Positions 40,901-48,853 of a DNA stretch of 64,000 nt are shown here, piece after piece. The notes beneath the pieces were generated by a model that worked only from the letters and a program-made list of their open reading frames with translations, made no database searches and was not told where the DNA came from. Both the position numbers and the translations under genes were made by a program. The stretch's first letter is position 1. Every line of letters starts with the position of its first letter. The stretch is taken from positions 34,379-98,378 of the forward strand of contig CAYGWM010000002.1 in the NCBI GenBank assembly GCA_964353555.1, read 5' to 3'. This stretch comes from an uncultured Spirochaetales bacterium. GTDB lineage: Bacteria; Myxococcota_A; UBA9160; PR03.

Positions 40901-42271
40901 GTGGTGGTGCAGCGATCCGTGCGTCTGGGGATTCTATTCGTCGGGCTGACCGCGCTCGTGCCAGCGTCGGCATCGGCGCAGCGAGCGGCGAAGCCCTTCG
41001 CGTTTCCGCTCGGCCGCACGCCGCTCGAGCTCGGCGCGGGCTACGACTCGCAACAGGGACTCGCGCGCGGCGAGATGGGCGCCTGCGTGGCCGGCGACGA
41101 GACTGAGCGCCGCGATGGGGCTCGCGCGCAGTACTCGATCGCGACGCTGACGCGCGCGGGCGGCCGGCTCGTCGTCGGTATCTACGTCTCGGCGCCGCTC
41201 TTCGTCGACGTGCTGAAGAGTTCCCACCTCACCGATGCCGCGCGGCGTCTCCGGGGCGCAGACGCCGAAGCATTCCGCGATCTGTGCGGCGACGGCTTCG
41301 TCGGGACGGTCACGTTCGGCGATCACCTGCTCGCCGAGGTCGAAGTCGAACCCAACGATGTGTTGCAGGCGCGCAACCATCTGATCAGCGGGAGCTGGGC
41401 GGATCCCGAGTCGTTCCGGCGGGCGCTCGAAGCGCTCGTGAAACGCCACGACGTGAGAGTGCGCGAGTTGCCGGGCGGCAGTCGCGCCGCGGCGCGCCCG
41501 CTCACGGTCGACGAACTGATCCCGCGGACGCTGGCGTTTCCGGCCAGCGTCACGCAGGCGAACGCGAAGCCCTACCTCGCCAGCTTCGAGCCGTACAGCG
41601 CCGATTCCTTCGCGGGGCTGCCGCTGCCGGAGCCGGGCGAGATCGAGGCCCGCGACATGACCGAGCAGGTGTTCCGGGATCGGCGTGGGCGCTCGCAGAG
41701 CACGGCCAGCCGGGCCGCCGACCTGCGCGCCGCGCAGGTGCATCGGACCGAGCCGGAGGAGTTGCCGTCCGCCCCGCGCGCTTCGATCGCAGAGACGCAC
41801 CCCGAGAGCGACGCGGCCACGGAGATCGCCGCGGTGCGCGAAGTTGTGCCCCCGGCTGCGCCGGCGCCCGCAACGGTGTCGCCCGCGCCGCGACTGCATT
41901 CCCAGCCGGCTCTCGTCTTCACCCCGGCTGGCGAGCTGCCGGTGTTCGCGACCACGCACGCGCCGGCCGGCGTCTACGCGGAGCGCGTGCGCGAGCGCGA
42001 CTACTGGGTTCCGGGCGCAGCCACTGCCACGCCGGCCGTGAAGCGCGCGATCGACAAAGCCCGCGCCGATGCGCCGGCTCGCGGCGCGACGGTCGTGATC
42101 GCGGAAGTGGGCACGGTAACGGTGGTGATGACCGACGCGGCGCCGGTCGGCGGCACGCACAGCGAATCTGCCGGCGAGCGGCGCGCGTGGATCGCCGGCG
42201 TCGCCGCGCCGAACGCCGCCGAGCGCGCCGCGCTCGCGGTGGCGATCGAGGCCGACGCGCGCCCGCAGTGA
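40901..42271 (+). CDS. Secreted hypothetical protein
   Basis: Signal peptide VRLGILFVGLTALVPASASA/QR and a Pro/Ala-rich linker in the middle. No family recognised. GTG start immediately follows a G8 tract. Confidence 0.6.
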   Translation: MVVQRSVRLGILFVGLTALVPASASAQRAAKPFAFPLGRTPLELGAGYDSQQGLARGEMGACVAGDETERRDGARAQYSIATLTRAGGRLVVGIYVSAPLFVDVLKSSHLTDAARRLRGADAEAFRDLCGDGFVGTVTFGDHLLAEVEVEPNDVLQARNHLISGSWADPESFRRALEALVKRHDVRVRELPGGSRAAARPLTVDELIPRTLAFPASVTQANAKPYLASFEPYSADSFAGLPLPEPGEIEARDMTEQVFRDRRGRSQSTASRAADLRAAQVHRTEPEELPSAPRASIAETHPESDAATEIAAVREVVPPAAPAPATVSPAPRLHSQPALVFTPAGELPVFATTHAPAGVYAERVRERDYWVPGAATATPAVKRAIDKARADAPARGATVVIAEVGTVTVVMTDAAPVGGTHSESAGERRAWIAGVAAPNAAERAALAVAIEADARPQ

Positions 42272-42356
42272 CGGCGAGGCGACATCGCGCCTAGAATGCC
42301 CCGACTTTCGAAGCAAGAGGACAGGCGCATGGCGGCCTGCTCAGAGGAGGGGCTCC

Positions 42357-43925
42357 GTGCGCGTTCTGCTGATCAATCCGTCGTACCCGTTCGAAGAGTT
42401 TCCGCGGCTGCTCGTGACGCTGCCCTACCTGGCGTCAGCGCTGCGCTCGGAAGGCCACGAGGTCGAAATCCTCGACCTGCTGTTGGCGCGCACCACGCCC
42501 GACAAGATCGAGCGCCGCATGGAGCGCTTCCGGCCGCAGGCCGTCGGCATCACCTCGGTCACGCTGAATCACCACATCGCCGAGAGCATCGCCGAGGTGG
42601 TGCGCAAGTGTGACGAGCAGGTGCCGATCGTGATGGGCGGCCCGCACGTCTCGTTCGAGATCGAGGGCTCGTTCCAGCGGCTGCCCGCGCTCGACTACAT
42701 CGCGATCGGCGAGGGCGAGCACACGCTGCGCGAACTCGTGCGCTCGCTCGAAGGCCGCATGGACGTGCGCGACGTGCGCGGTCTTGCCGGCATCGACCGC
42801 AGCACCGGCCGCGCCTGGAAGAACGCGCCGCGCCCGCTCGAAGACGATCTCGACACGCTGCCCAACCCGGCGCGCGATCTGGTGCCGCTGGCGCGCTATC
42901 TGGCGTTCGACAGCCACGCAAGCGTCGTCACCAGTCGCGGCTGTCCCTACGAGTGCATCTTCTGTTCGGCGCCGGCATGGACCGGGCGCAAGGTGCGCTA
43001 CCGCGATCCCGTGAAGTGCGTCGACGAAATCGAAGACCTCGCACGGATGGGCTTCACCGAGATCACCATCGAGGACGATCTGTTCACGCTCTACCGCAAG
43101 CACTTCCTCGCGGTCTGCGGAGAGATGATCGACCGCAACACGGGGATCCGCTGGAACGCGTTCTCGCGCGTGGACACGATCACGCCCGAGATCGTCGGCA
43201 CGATGGCCAAAGCCGGTTGCCAGGCGATCTGTTTCGGTGTCGAGAGCGGCGACCAGGAAGTCCTCGACCTGATCAAGAAGAACTCGAGCCTCGCCAAGGT
43301 GAAGGAAGCGATGCGGATGACGAAGGACGTGGGCATCTGCGCGCTCGCGTCGTTCATCGTCGGGCTGCCCGGCGAGACCGAGGAGACGTTGCGCAAGACC
43401 GTCGAGTTCGCGGAGGAACTGAAAAACGAGTTCGGTTCGCTCTACGGCTTCCACATCCTGTCGCCGTTCCCGGGCACCGAAGTGCGCGAGAAGGCCGCCG
43501 AGTACGGCCTCGAGATCCTGAACAGCGACTGGACGAAGTACGACGCGAATCACGTCGTGTCGCGCACGCCGGGTGCGAGTCCGGAGGCGATCCAGGCCGT
43601 GTCCGACGCCTACGAGGACACCATCGAGCGCTACGTCGAGTACCAGGACCACCTGGTCAAGACGGGCCAGCTCTCGGGCTACGAGTTGAAGACCTACCGG
43701 CGCCGCAAGCGACAGTCGCTGCTGTGGAAGTTGCTGCTCGACGAAGTGGTCGAGTCGCTTCCCGCGTTGCCGGGCGACGCACCGGAGGCGCTGACCCGTC
43801 ACGTGATCGAAGCAACCGGCGCCGAGCGGGCGCTGGTCGCGGAGGAGGTCGTGCGCGTCCTCGCCCTCGGCGCGCTAGTCGCCGACCAGACGCCCGAAGG
43901 CACCCGCTACCGCTGGGCCGAGTGA
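42357..43925 (+). CDS. B12-binding-domain radical SAM enzyme (class B rSAM)
   Basis: N-terminal Rossmann-like B12 domain (VLLINPSYPF..AVGITSVT..PIVMGGPH). Cluster motif SRGCPYECIFCSAP (CxxxCxxC), GVESGDQEVLD, and SFIVGLPGET. GGAGG lies 8 nt upstream of GTG 42357. Confidence 0.88.
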   Translation: MRVLLINPSYPFEEFPRLLVTLPYLASALRSEGHEVEILDLLLARTTPDKIERRMERFRPQAVGITSVTLNHHIAESIAEVVRKCDEQVPIVMGGPHVSFEIEGSFQRLPALDYIAIGEGEHTLRELVRSLEGRMDVRDVRGLAGIDRSTGRAWKNAPRPLEDDLDTLPNPARDLVPLARYLAFDSHASVVTSRGCPYECIFCSAPAWTGRKVRYRDPVKCVDEIEDLARMGFTEITIEDDLFTLYRKHFLAVCGEMIDRNTGIRWNAFSRVDTITPEIVGTMAKAGCQAICFGVESGDQEVLDLIKKNSSLAKVKEAMRMTKDVGICALASFIVGLPGETEETLRKTVEFAEELKNEFGSLYGFHILSPFPGTEVREKAAEYGLEILNSDWTKYDANHVVSRTPGASPEAIQAVSDAYEDTIERYVEYQDHLVKTGQLSGYELKTYRRRKRQSLLWKLLLDEVVESLPALPGDAPEALTRHVIEATGAERALVAEEVVRVLALGALVADQTPEGTRYRWAE

Positions 43926-43942
43926 GCCGACTCAGTTGACTC

Positions 43943-44069
43943 GGGGACGTTGGTTGCGCCGGTTGCGTTGGGGACGTTCGTTGCGTCGCGAAACGACGCC
44001 CCAGCTCGCACGGCCATGAAGCGCGACGCAACGAACGTCCCCAACGCAACCGGCGCAACGAGTGTCCCC
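43943..44069. repeat. 127-nt imperfect palindrome (48-nt arms, 31-nt loop), REP/MITE-like element
   Basis: The left arm 43943-43990 is the reverse complement of the right arm 44022-44069 at 45 of 48 positions (hand count; mismatches at 43949, 43950, 43952). Each arm contains two copies of GGGGACGTT(G/C)GTTGCG. Confidence 0.85.
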
Positions 44070-45551
44070 GGCGCGACGATTCGTTGCGAGGCGGTGGTGA
44101 TCGGGTCGGGCGCCGGCGGGGCGCCGGCGGCGTTGGCGCTCGCGGAGGCGGGTCTCGACGTCGTGGTGCTCGAAGCGGGCGAACGGCTCGAGACGCGCGA
44201 CTTCTCGGGCGAGGAGGGCGAGATGATTGCCCGGCTGATGACCGCGAACACCGCGCGCGACAGCGGTATCGAGGTCTACGCCGGCGCCTGCGTGGGCGGC
44301 TCGACGGTCGTGAACGACGCGCTGTGCTGGCGCCCGCCGCCCGAGATCCTCGAGAGCTGGCGCCGCGACTTCGGCCTCACGGGGCTCAGTGACGCGGCGT
44401 TCGCGCGGTACGTCGATCGCGCGTGGCAGACGGTCAACGCGTCGCCCACCGATCGCGAGCATCTGAGTCGCAACGCGCACCAGCTCGAAGTGGGCGCCGC
44501 ACGCCTCGGTTGGTCCGCCGAAGCGATGCACCGCAACGTGCGCGGCTGCGCGAATCTCGGGCTCTGCAACCTCGGCTGCCCGAGCGGCGCGAAGCAGTCG
44601 GCGCTGGTGACGTGGATCCCAGACGCGGAGGCGCGCGGCGCGCGCGTCGTGCCGCTGGCGCGCGCCGATCGCATCGAGGTCGAAGCCGGTCGCGTACGGG
44701 CCGTCACGGCGACACGCTTCGATCCGAAGACCCGCGCTCCGATCGGCGCGCTGCGCGTCGAGGCAGACGTCGTGTGTGTCGCGGCGGGCGTGCTCGGCAC
44801 GCCCGCGCTGCTGTTGCGCAGCGGGCTCGGCGCCGGCACCGCGCTCGGCCGCGGCATCCAGTTCCACTCGAGCGTTTACGTGACGGCGCGCTTCCGCGAG
44901 CCGGTACTCGGCTTCTACGGACCGACGATGGCCTACGCGGTCACCGAGTGGAGCGACGTGAACGGGCGTCGCGGCCCGGGCTACATGCTCGAGAACGTCG
45001 CGGTGTCGCCGAGCGTGACGGCGTCGTCGCTGCCCGGTTTCGGCGCCGAGCACGAGCGCGTGATGGAGGCGCTGCCGTACCTGGCGCGCGCCGTCGTCGT
45101 GCTGCGCGACTGCACGCGCGGCAGCGTCGCGACCCCGGGCGAAGGTCCTCCTGCGCTGTCGTACCAGCCCGTCGCCGACGATCTCGTGCGGATCCGCGAC
45201 GCGGTGAAGCAGCTTGCGCGTCTCTATCTCGCCGCGGGCGCGACCGAGGTGTATCTGCCGGTGAACGGTGTCGCGCCGGTCCGCTCCGAGGCCGACCTCG
45301 CGGCGCTCGACGCGGTGGAGTTCACACCTCGCGCGCTGTCGTTGCTCTACGCCGTGCACCTCTTCGGAGGCGCTGCGATGGCCGGCTCGCGTGCGCAGGG
45401 CTTCTGCGACGAGAGCGGTCGCGCCTTCGACGTCGAGGGTCTCTACGTCACCGACGCAGCGGCATTGCCGAGCAACACCGGCGCGAATCCGCAGATCACG
45501 ATCATGGCGAATGCGCTGCGCACGGCGGCGGGGATCGTGGCCGCCCGGTAG
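44016..45551 (+). CDS. GMC-family FAD-dependent oxidoreductase
   Basis: AVVIGSGAGGAPAALALAEAGLDVVVLEAG (FAD GxGxxG) and C-terminal LYVTDAAALPSNTGANPQITIMANA (GMC signature 2). The start is uncertain: ATG 44016 lies in the hairpin loop and GTG 44094 lies just before the GxGxxG. The track ORF 43950.. starts inside the left arm. Confidence 0.85.
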   Translation: MKRDATNVPNATGATSVPGATIRCEAVVIGSGAGGAPAALALAEAGLDVVVLEAGERLETRDFSGEEGEMIARLMTANTARDSGIEVYAGACVGGSTVVNDALCWRPPPEILESWRRDFGLTGLSDAAFARYVDRAWQTVNASPTDREHLSRNAHQLEVGAARLGWSAEAMHRNVRGCANLGLCNLGCPSGAKQSALVTWIPDAEARGARVVPLARADRIEVEAGRVRAVTATRFDPKTRAPIGALRVEADVVCVAAGVLGTPALLLRSGLGAGTALGRGIQFHSSVYVTARFREPVLGFYGPTMAYAVTEWSDVNGRRGPGYMLENVAVSPSVTASSLPGFGAEHERVMEALPYLARAVVVLRDCTRGSVATPGEGPPALSYQPVADDLVRIRDAVKQLARLYLAAGATEVYLPVNGVAPVRSEADLAALDAVEFTPRALSLLYAVHLFGGAAMAGSRAQGFCDESGRAFDVEGLYVTDAAALPSNTGANPQITIMANALRTAAGIVAAR

Positions 45552-45583
45552 GCTTTCGCGTCGCAGTGATTGCGGGAGTTCCG

Positions 45584-47206
45584 ATGCGCGTCCGGTTCGT
45601 GTGTCTCGAAGACGGCATGACTTCGTGTGGCTTCCGCAAGATGGCCGCGTTCGCGGAACGTCTGCACCCGGGCGTCGAGTCCTGCTACGTGTCGACGCGG
45701 CGCTACCTCGGCGTACGCTCGGCCGTTTCGGGAACGGTGGGACGAGGCCAGCTCGGTGACGATCAGGTCGACGAGATCGCCGCGGGACTCGCGGACGCCG
45801 ACGTGCTGGGCTTCTCGTCGATGACCGGTTACGCAGCGCTGACCCGCCGCGTGATCCAGCGTGTTCGCGAGCGCAACCCTTCGATCTACATGATCTGGGG
45901 CGGGATCCATCCGATCATCCAGCCGGAGGACGCGATCACTGCAGCGGTCGATGCGATCTGTACCGGCGAGGGAGAGTTCGCGTTCGAGCAGGTGCTCGCG
46001 GGACTCCGCGACGGGCGCGATGTCACCGCCACGCGGAACTTCTGGTTCAAGGGGCGCGACGGAGCGGTGATCCAGAACGCTTTCCTCCCGCTGATGACGG
46101 CCGAGGAAATGGAGGCGTTGCCGTTCCCGCTCTACGGCGCGGCGGCGGAGCGAATCTACACGCCCGGCCGGGGCTTCCTCCCGATGAGCACGCAGGACTA
46201 CCTGCTGAACGACGGCCTCGGCTACACGGCGCTGTGGTCGATCGGTTGTCCGCTGCACTGCAGCTACTGCGGCAACACCAAATTCATCGCCAACGATGCG
46301 AAGTACAAGCAGATCCGCCACCCGAGCGCTCGCTACATCGTCGAGCAGATCAAGGATGCGAAGCGGCGATTTCCGCACCTGTCGCAGGTGAGCTTCCACG
46401 ACGACAGCTTCATGGCGATCCGCTACCCGGAGATCGAGGCCTTCGCCGAACTGTGGCGCGCCGAGGTCGGACTGCCGTTCGCGATCTACGGCGTGATTCC
46501 GAACTACGTGAACCGCGAGAAGTTCGAAGTGTTGACGTGGGCCGGCATGAACCGGATCCGGATGGGCATCCAGAGCGGCAGCAAGGCGATGCTCGACTTC
46601 TACAAGCGACCCACCCCGTCCGAGAAGATCCTGGCCGCCGGTCGCGTGATCTCGTCGTTTGCGCCGAAATATCACATCCCTCCGACCTACGACATCATCG
46701 TGGACAACCCGATCGAGAGCCGGGACGACGTGCTCGCGACGCTCGAACTCCTCTACGCGATTGAGCGCCCGTACACGCTGCTGATCTACTCGCTGAAGGT
46801 GATCCCGAACACGGGACTCGCGGCGGCGCTGCAACAGCGCGGGGTCGACCTCGAACAGATCGACGACAGCTATCTGGTGATCCCTCCGCGCGTCGCGAAT
46901 CTGCTGCTCTACCTGCTCTGCCTGTGGCGGCCGCCGCGCTGGCTGTGGGAGCGCCTGCTGCGCCGGGTGCGAGCGAGTTCGGAGCCGCAACCGGTGTATC
47001 CGCGCGTCGCCGTGGTGTTGCGCACGCTCTACCTGACCAAGCGCGTTCTCGGCCATCTGCGCGTGATGGACTTCTCGATCACGCCAGGGAAGACCGGCTA
47101 CCTCTTCTGGCGCGCCGGCCTCGTCGACCTCTGGCAGAAGCGATTCCGGCGAACGCCTCCGCGGCCGGCCAGCCGGCAGCCGTTGGCGCTCCGCAGCGCC
47201 GGGTGA
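45584..47206 (+). CDS. Radical SAM enzyme with N-terminal B12-binding-like domain
   Basis: MRVRFVCLEDGMTSCGFRKMAAFAE..VLGFSSMTGYA..MIWGGIHP (B12-like domain). SIGCPLHCSYCGNT (CxxxCxxC), MGIQSGSKAMLD, and a hydrophobic/basic C-terminal tail. Start is ATG 45584. The track ORF 44423.. runs out of frame through the GMC gene. Confidence 0.85.
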   Translation: MRVRFVCLEDGMTSCGFRKMAAFAERLHPGVESCYVSTRRYLGVRSAVSGTVGRGQLGDDQVDEIAAGLADADVLGFSSMTGYAALTRRVIQRVRERNPSIYMIWGGIHPIIQPEDAITAAVDAICTGEGEFAFEQVLAGLRDGRDVTATRNFWFKGRDGAVIQNAFLPLMTAEEMEALPFPLYGAAAERIYTPGRGFLPMSTQDYLLNDGLGYTALWSIGCPLHCSYCGNTKFIANDAKYKQIRHPSARYIVEQIKDAKRRFPHLSQVSFHDDSFMAIRYPEIEAFAELWRAEVGLPFAIYGVIPNYVNREKFEVLTWAGMNRIRMGIQSGSKAMLDFYKRPTPSEKILAAGRVISSFAPKYHIPPTYDIIVDNPIESRDDVLATLELLYAIERPYTLLIYSLKVIPNTGLAAALQQRGVDLEQIDDSYLVIPPRVANLLLYLLCLWRPPRWLWERLLRRVRASSEPQPVYPRVAVVLRTLYLTKRVLGHLRVMDFSITPGKTGYLFWRAGLVDLWQKRFRRTPPRPASRQPLALRSAG

Positions 47207-47270
47207 CGTCGCTTCTGCCGGCGAACGACAGCGAAAGTTCGGTGCGGGGCGAACGGGGGAAAGGACTCGC

Positions 47271-48140
47271 GTGGGTGGGAATCTGCGACCCGGGCTGACG
47301 ACGCAGGGCGGTGATGCGTGTCCCGTCTGTGGAGCGGAGGCCGAACCGCGCATCGACCTCGGCGACTACCGGCTGTTTCGTTGCCGGCGCTGCGAGTCCT
47401 GGTCGAGCGACGCGCTGGCGCGCGGGGCGCAGACGTCCTTCGAACCCGACGCCTACTTCGCGAATGCCGACACCGATCAGGTGCGGTGGGAAGATCTGCT
47501 GGGGCGCGCGAGGATCGATCGCGCAGGCGCGGCACGAATTCTAGACGTTGGCTGCGGCCGCGGCGATTTCCTGCGCTTCCTCGGCCGACACGGCTCGCCG
47601 AGCGAGCGCTGCGGCATCGAAGTCGATCCCGTGCGCGCGGCGGCAGCGCGCGCCGCGGATCCGGGCGCACAAATCGCGACCGGCGCGGTTTCCGAAGCGC
47701 TTGCGGATCTGGCGGGCGCGTTCGACCTGATCACGCTCTGGGACGTCTTCGAGCACCTCGTCGATCCGCGCGCGGTGCTGCACGCGCTGGCCGCGCGGCT
47801 CGCGCCGGAGGGCCAGCTGTTTCTGCAGACGATTCACGAGCACAGCGTCGTGCCGACACTCGGACGCGCCCTCTACGCGGCATCGGCGGGCCGGATCAGC
47901 GGTCCGGTGCGCCGCACGCATGAGCCCCATCACCTGGTCTTCTTCAGCCGCCGCGGACTCGAGAATCTCGCGGACGAGGCGGGGCTGCGGATTCGGGAGC
48001 TCTGGTTCGATCGGCTCGCGATGGCACGGATGGACGGAAGCCGCGCGCTCACCGCGGCCACGGCGGCGCTGCTCGCGGTCGAGAATGCGCTGGGCAATGG
48101 CCTCTTCGTGAACCTGCTGCTCGAGAAGAAGCCGTTCTAG
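47271..48140 (+). CDS. Class I SAM-dependent methyltransferase with N-terminal zinc ribbon
   Basis: CPVCGAEAEPRIDLGDYRLFRCRRCESW (CxxC..CxxC) followed by ILDVGCGRGDFL (motif I) and DLITLWDVFEHL. The GTG start has GGGGGAAAGG upstream. Confidence 0.82.
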   Translation: MGGNLRPGLTTQGGDACPVCGAEAEPRIDLGDYRLFRCRRCESWSSDALARGAQTSFEPDAYFANADTDQVRWEDLLGRARIDRAGAARILDVGCGRGDFLRFLGRHGSPSERCGIEVDPVRAAAARAADPGAQIATGAVSEALADLAGAFDLITLWDVFEHLVDPRAVLHALAARLAPEGQLFLQTIHEHSVVPTLGRALYAASAGRISGPVRRTHEPHHLVFFSRRGLENLADEAGLRIRELWFDRLAMARMDGSRALTAATAALLAVENALGNGLFVNLLLEKKPF

Positions 48141-48853
48141 CGGCGTCGTGCGCGCAACAGCAGGTTCTTGCCTGCGAGCCGATGCAACGCGCGGTCGAGC
48201 CACAGGCTGACCGGGAACAGCATCCGATCATAGATCCGGACCGAACGCGCGGTGATCTGGCCGTCGGCGCGGCCGATCAGCCGATACGCGAGAGTCGCGA
48301 TGAACCCCAGCGAATCGGCGTAGCGCACGTCGTCCACGACGAAGCCCGCATCGCGAAAAAGCCGCGACAGCTCGCTTTTCCGATAGCGCCGCTGGTGTCC
48401 CACGAGCGTGTCGTTCGCGGTCCACAGCATCGAGAGAGCGGGCACGTAGATCAGGCAGCGACCGCCCGGTGCGAGGTGGTCGTGAAGCTCCCGCGCAACC
48501 TGGGCGTCGTCGGGGCAGTGCTCGAGCACGTTCACCGAAACGGCGTAGTCGAAGCGGCGTTCCCCGAGGTCGCTGAGCGCGGAGACGCTGGTCAGGTGGC
48601 GCTGCGTGAGCCGCGCGCGAAGCTCTGGATCGGGCTCGACGCAGGTGACATCGAGACCGTGGGCGGCGAGCGAAGCCGCGAGCCGCCCGGTGCCGGCGCC
48701 GAAGTCGACGACGGTCCGTGACGACCCTGCGAACGCGAGGACCTGATCGAGCAGGTAGCGGTTGTAGCGCTCGGCGTGGTCGAGTACGTCGAGCAGCGGC
48801 GTCGCTTCGAAACGGCGTTCCAAGCCGGCTACCCGCGCATCGATCGCTTCCAC
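48137..48853 (-). CDS. Class I SAM-dependent methyltransferase
   Basis: VVDFGAGTGRLAASLAAHGLDVTCVEPD (motif I/II) and FDYAVSVNVLEHC. Start set at GTG 48853, which overlaps the GT2 stop by 25 nt. The rest of the 526-aa track ORF (48854..49717) is an out-of-frame read-through of the GT2 gene. Confidence 0.8.
   Translation of the reverse strand: MEAIDARVAGLERRFEATPLLDVLDHAERYNRYLLDQVLAFAGSSRTVVDFGAGTGRLAASLAAHGLDVTCVEPDPELRARLTQRHLTSVSALSDLGERRFDYAVSVNVLEHCPDDAQVARELHDHLAPGGRCLIYVPALSMLWTANDTLVGHQRRYRKSELSRLFRDAGFVVDDVRYADSLGFIATLAYRLIGRADGQITARSVRIYDRMLFPVSLWLDRALHRLAGKNLLLRARRR

Noticed and set aside
42272-42356. Cobalamin riboswitch upstream of the B12-type radical SAM gene
   Set aside because: The gap is only 85 nt, and I could not find a B12-box-like conserved core. 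It is too short for the usual ~200-nt aptamer plus expression platform.
43943-44069. Considered whether the GTTGCG-rich repeats could be a CRISPR array or tandem-repeat locus
   Set aside because: There are only two long arms, in inverted rather than direct orientation, with no regularly spaced spacers and no cas genes in the window. It was called a hairpin/REP-like repeat instead.
44423-45583. 5' extension of the second radical SAM ORF (track 44423..47206). Similar 5' extensions occur at 60-176, 3837-3959, 5388-5669, 5624-6505, 8726-9136, 21351-21539, 51520-51909, 57896-58108 and 59197-59250.
   Set aside because: The extensions overlap the preceding gene in another frame and are compositionally abnormal. 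Conserved N-terminal motifs and start/stop overlaps indicate the shorter starts.
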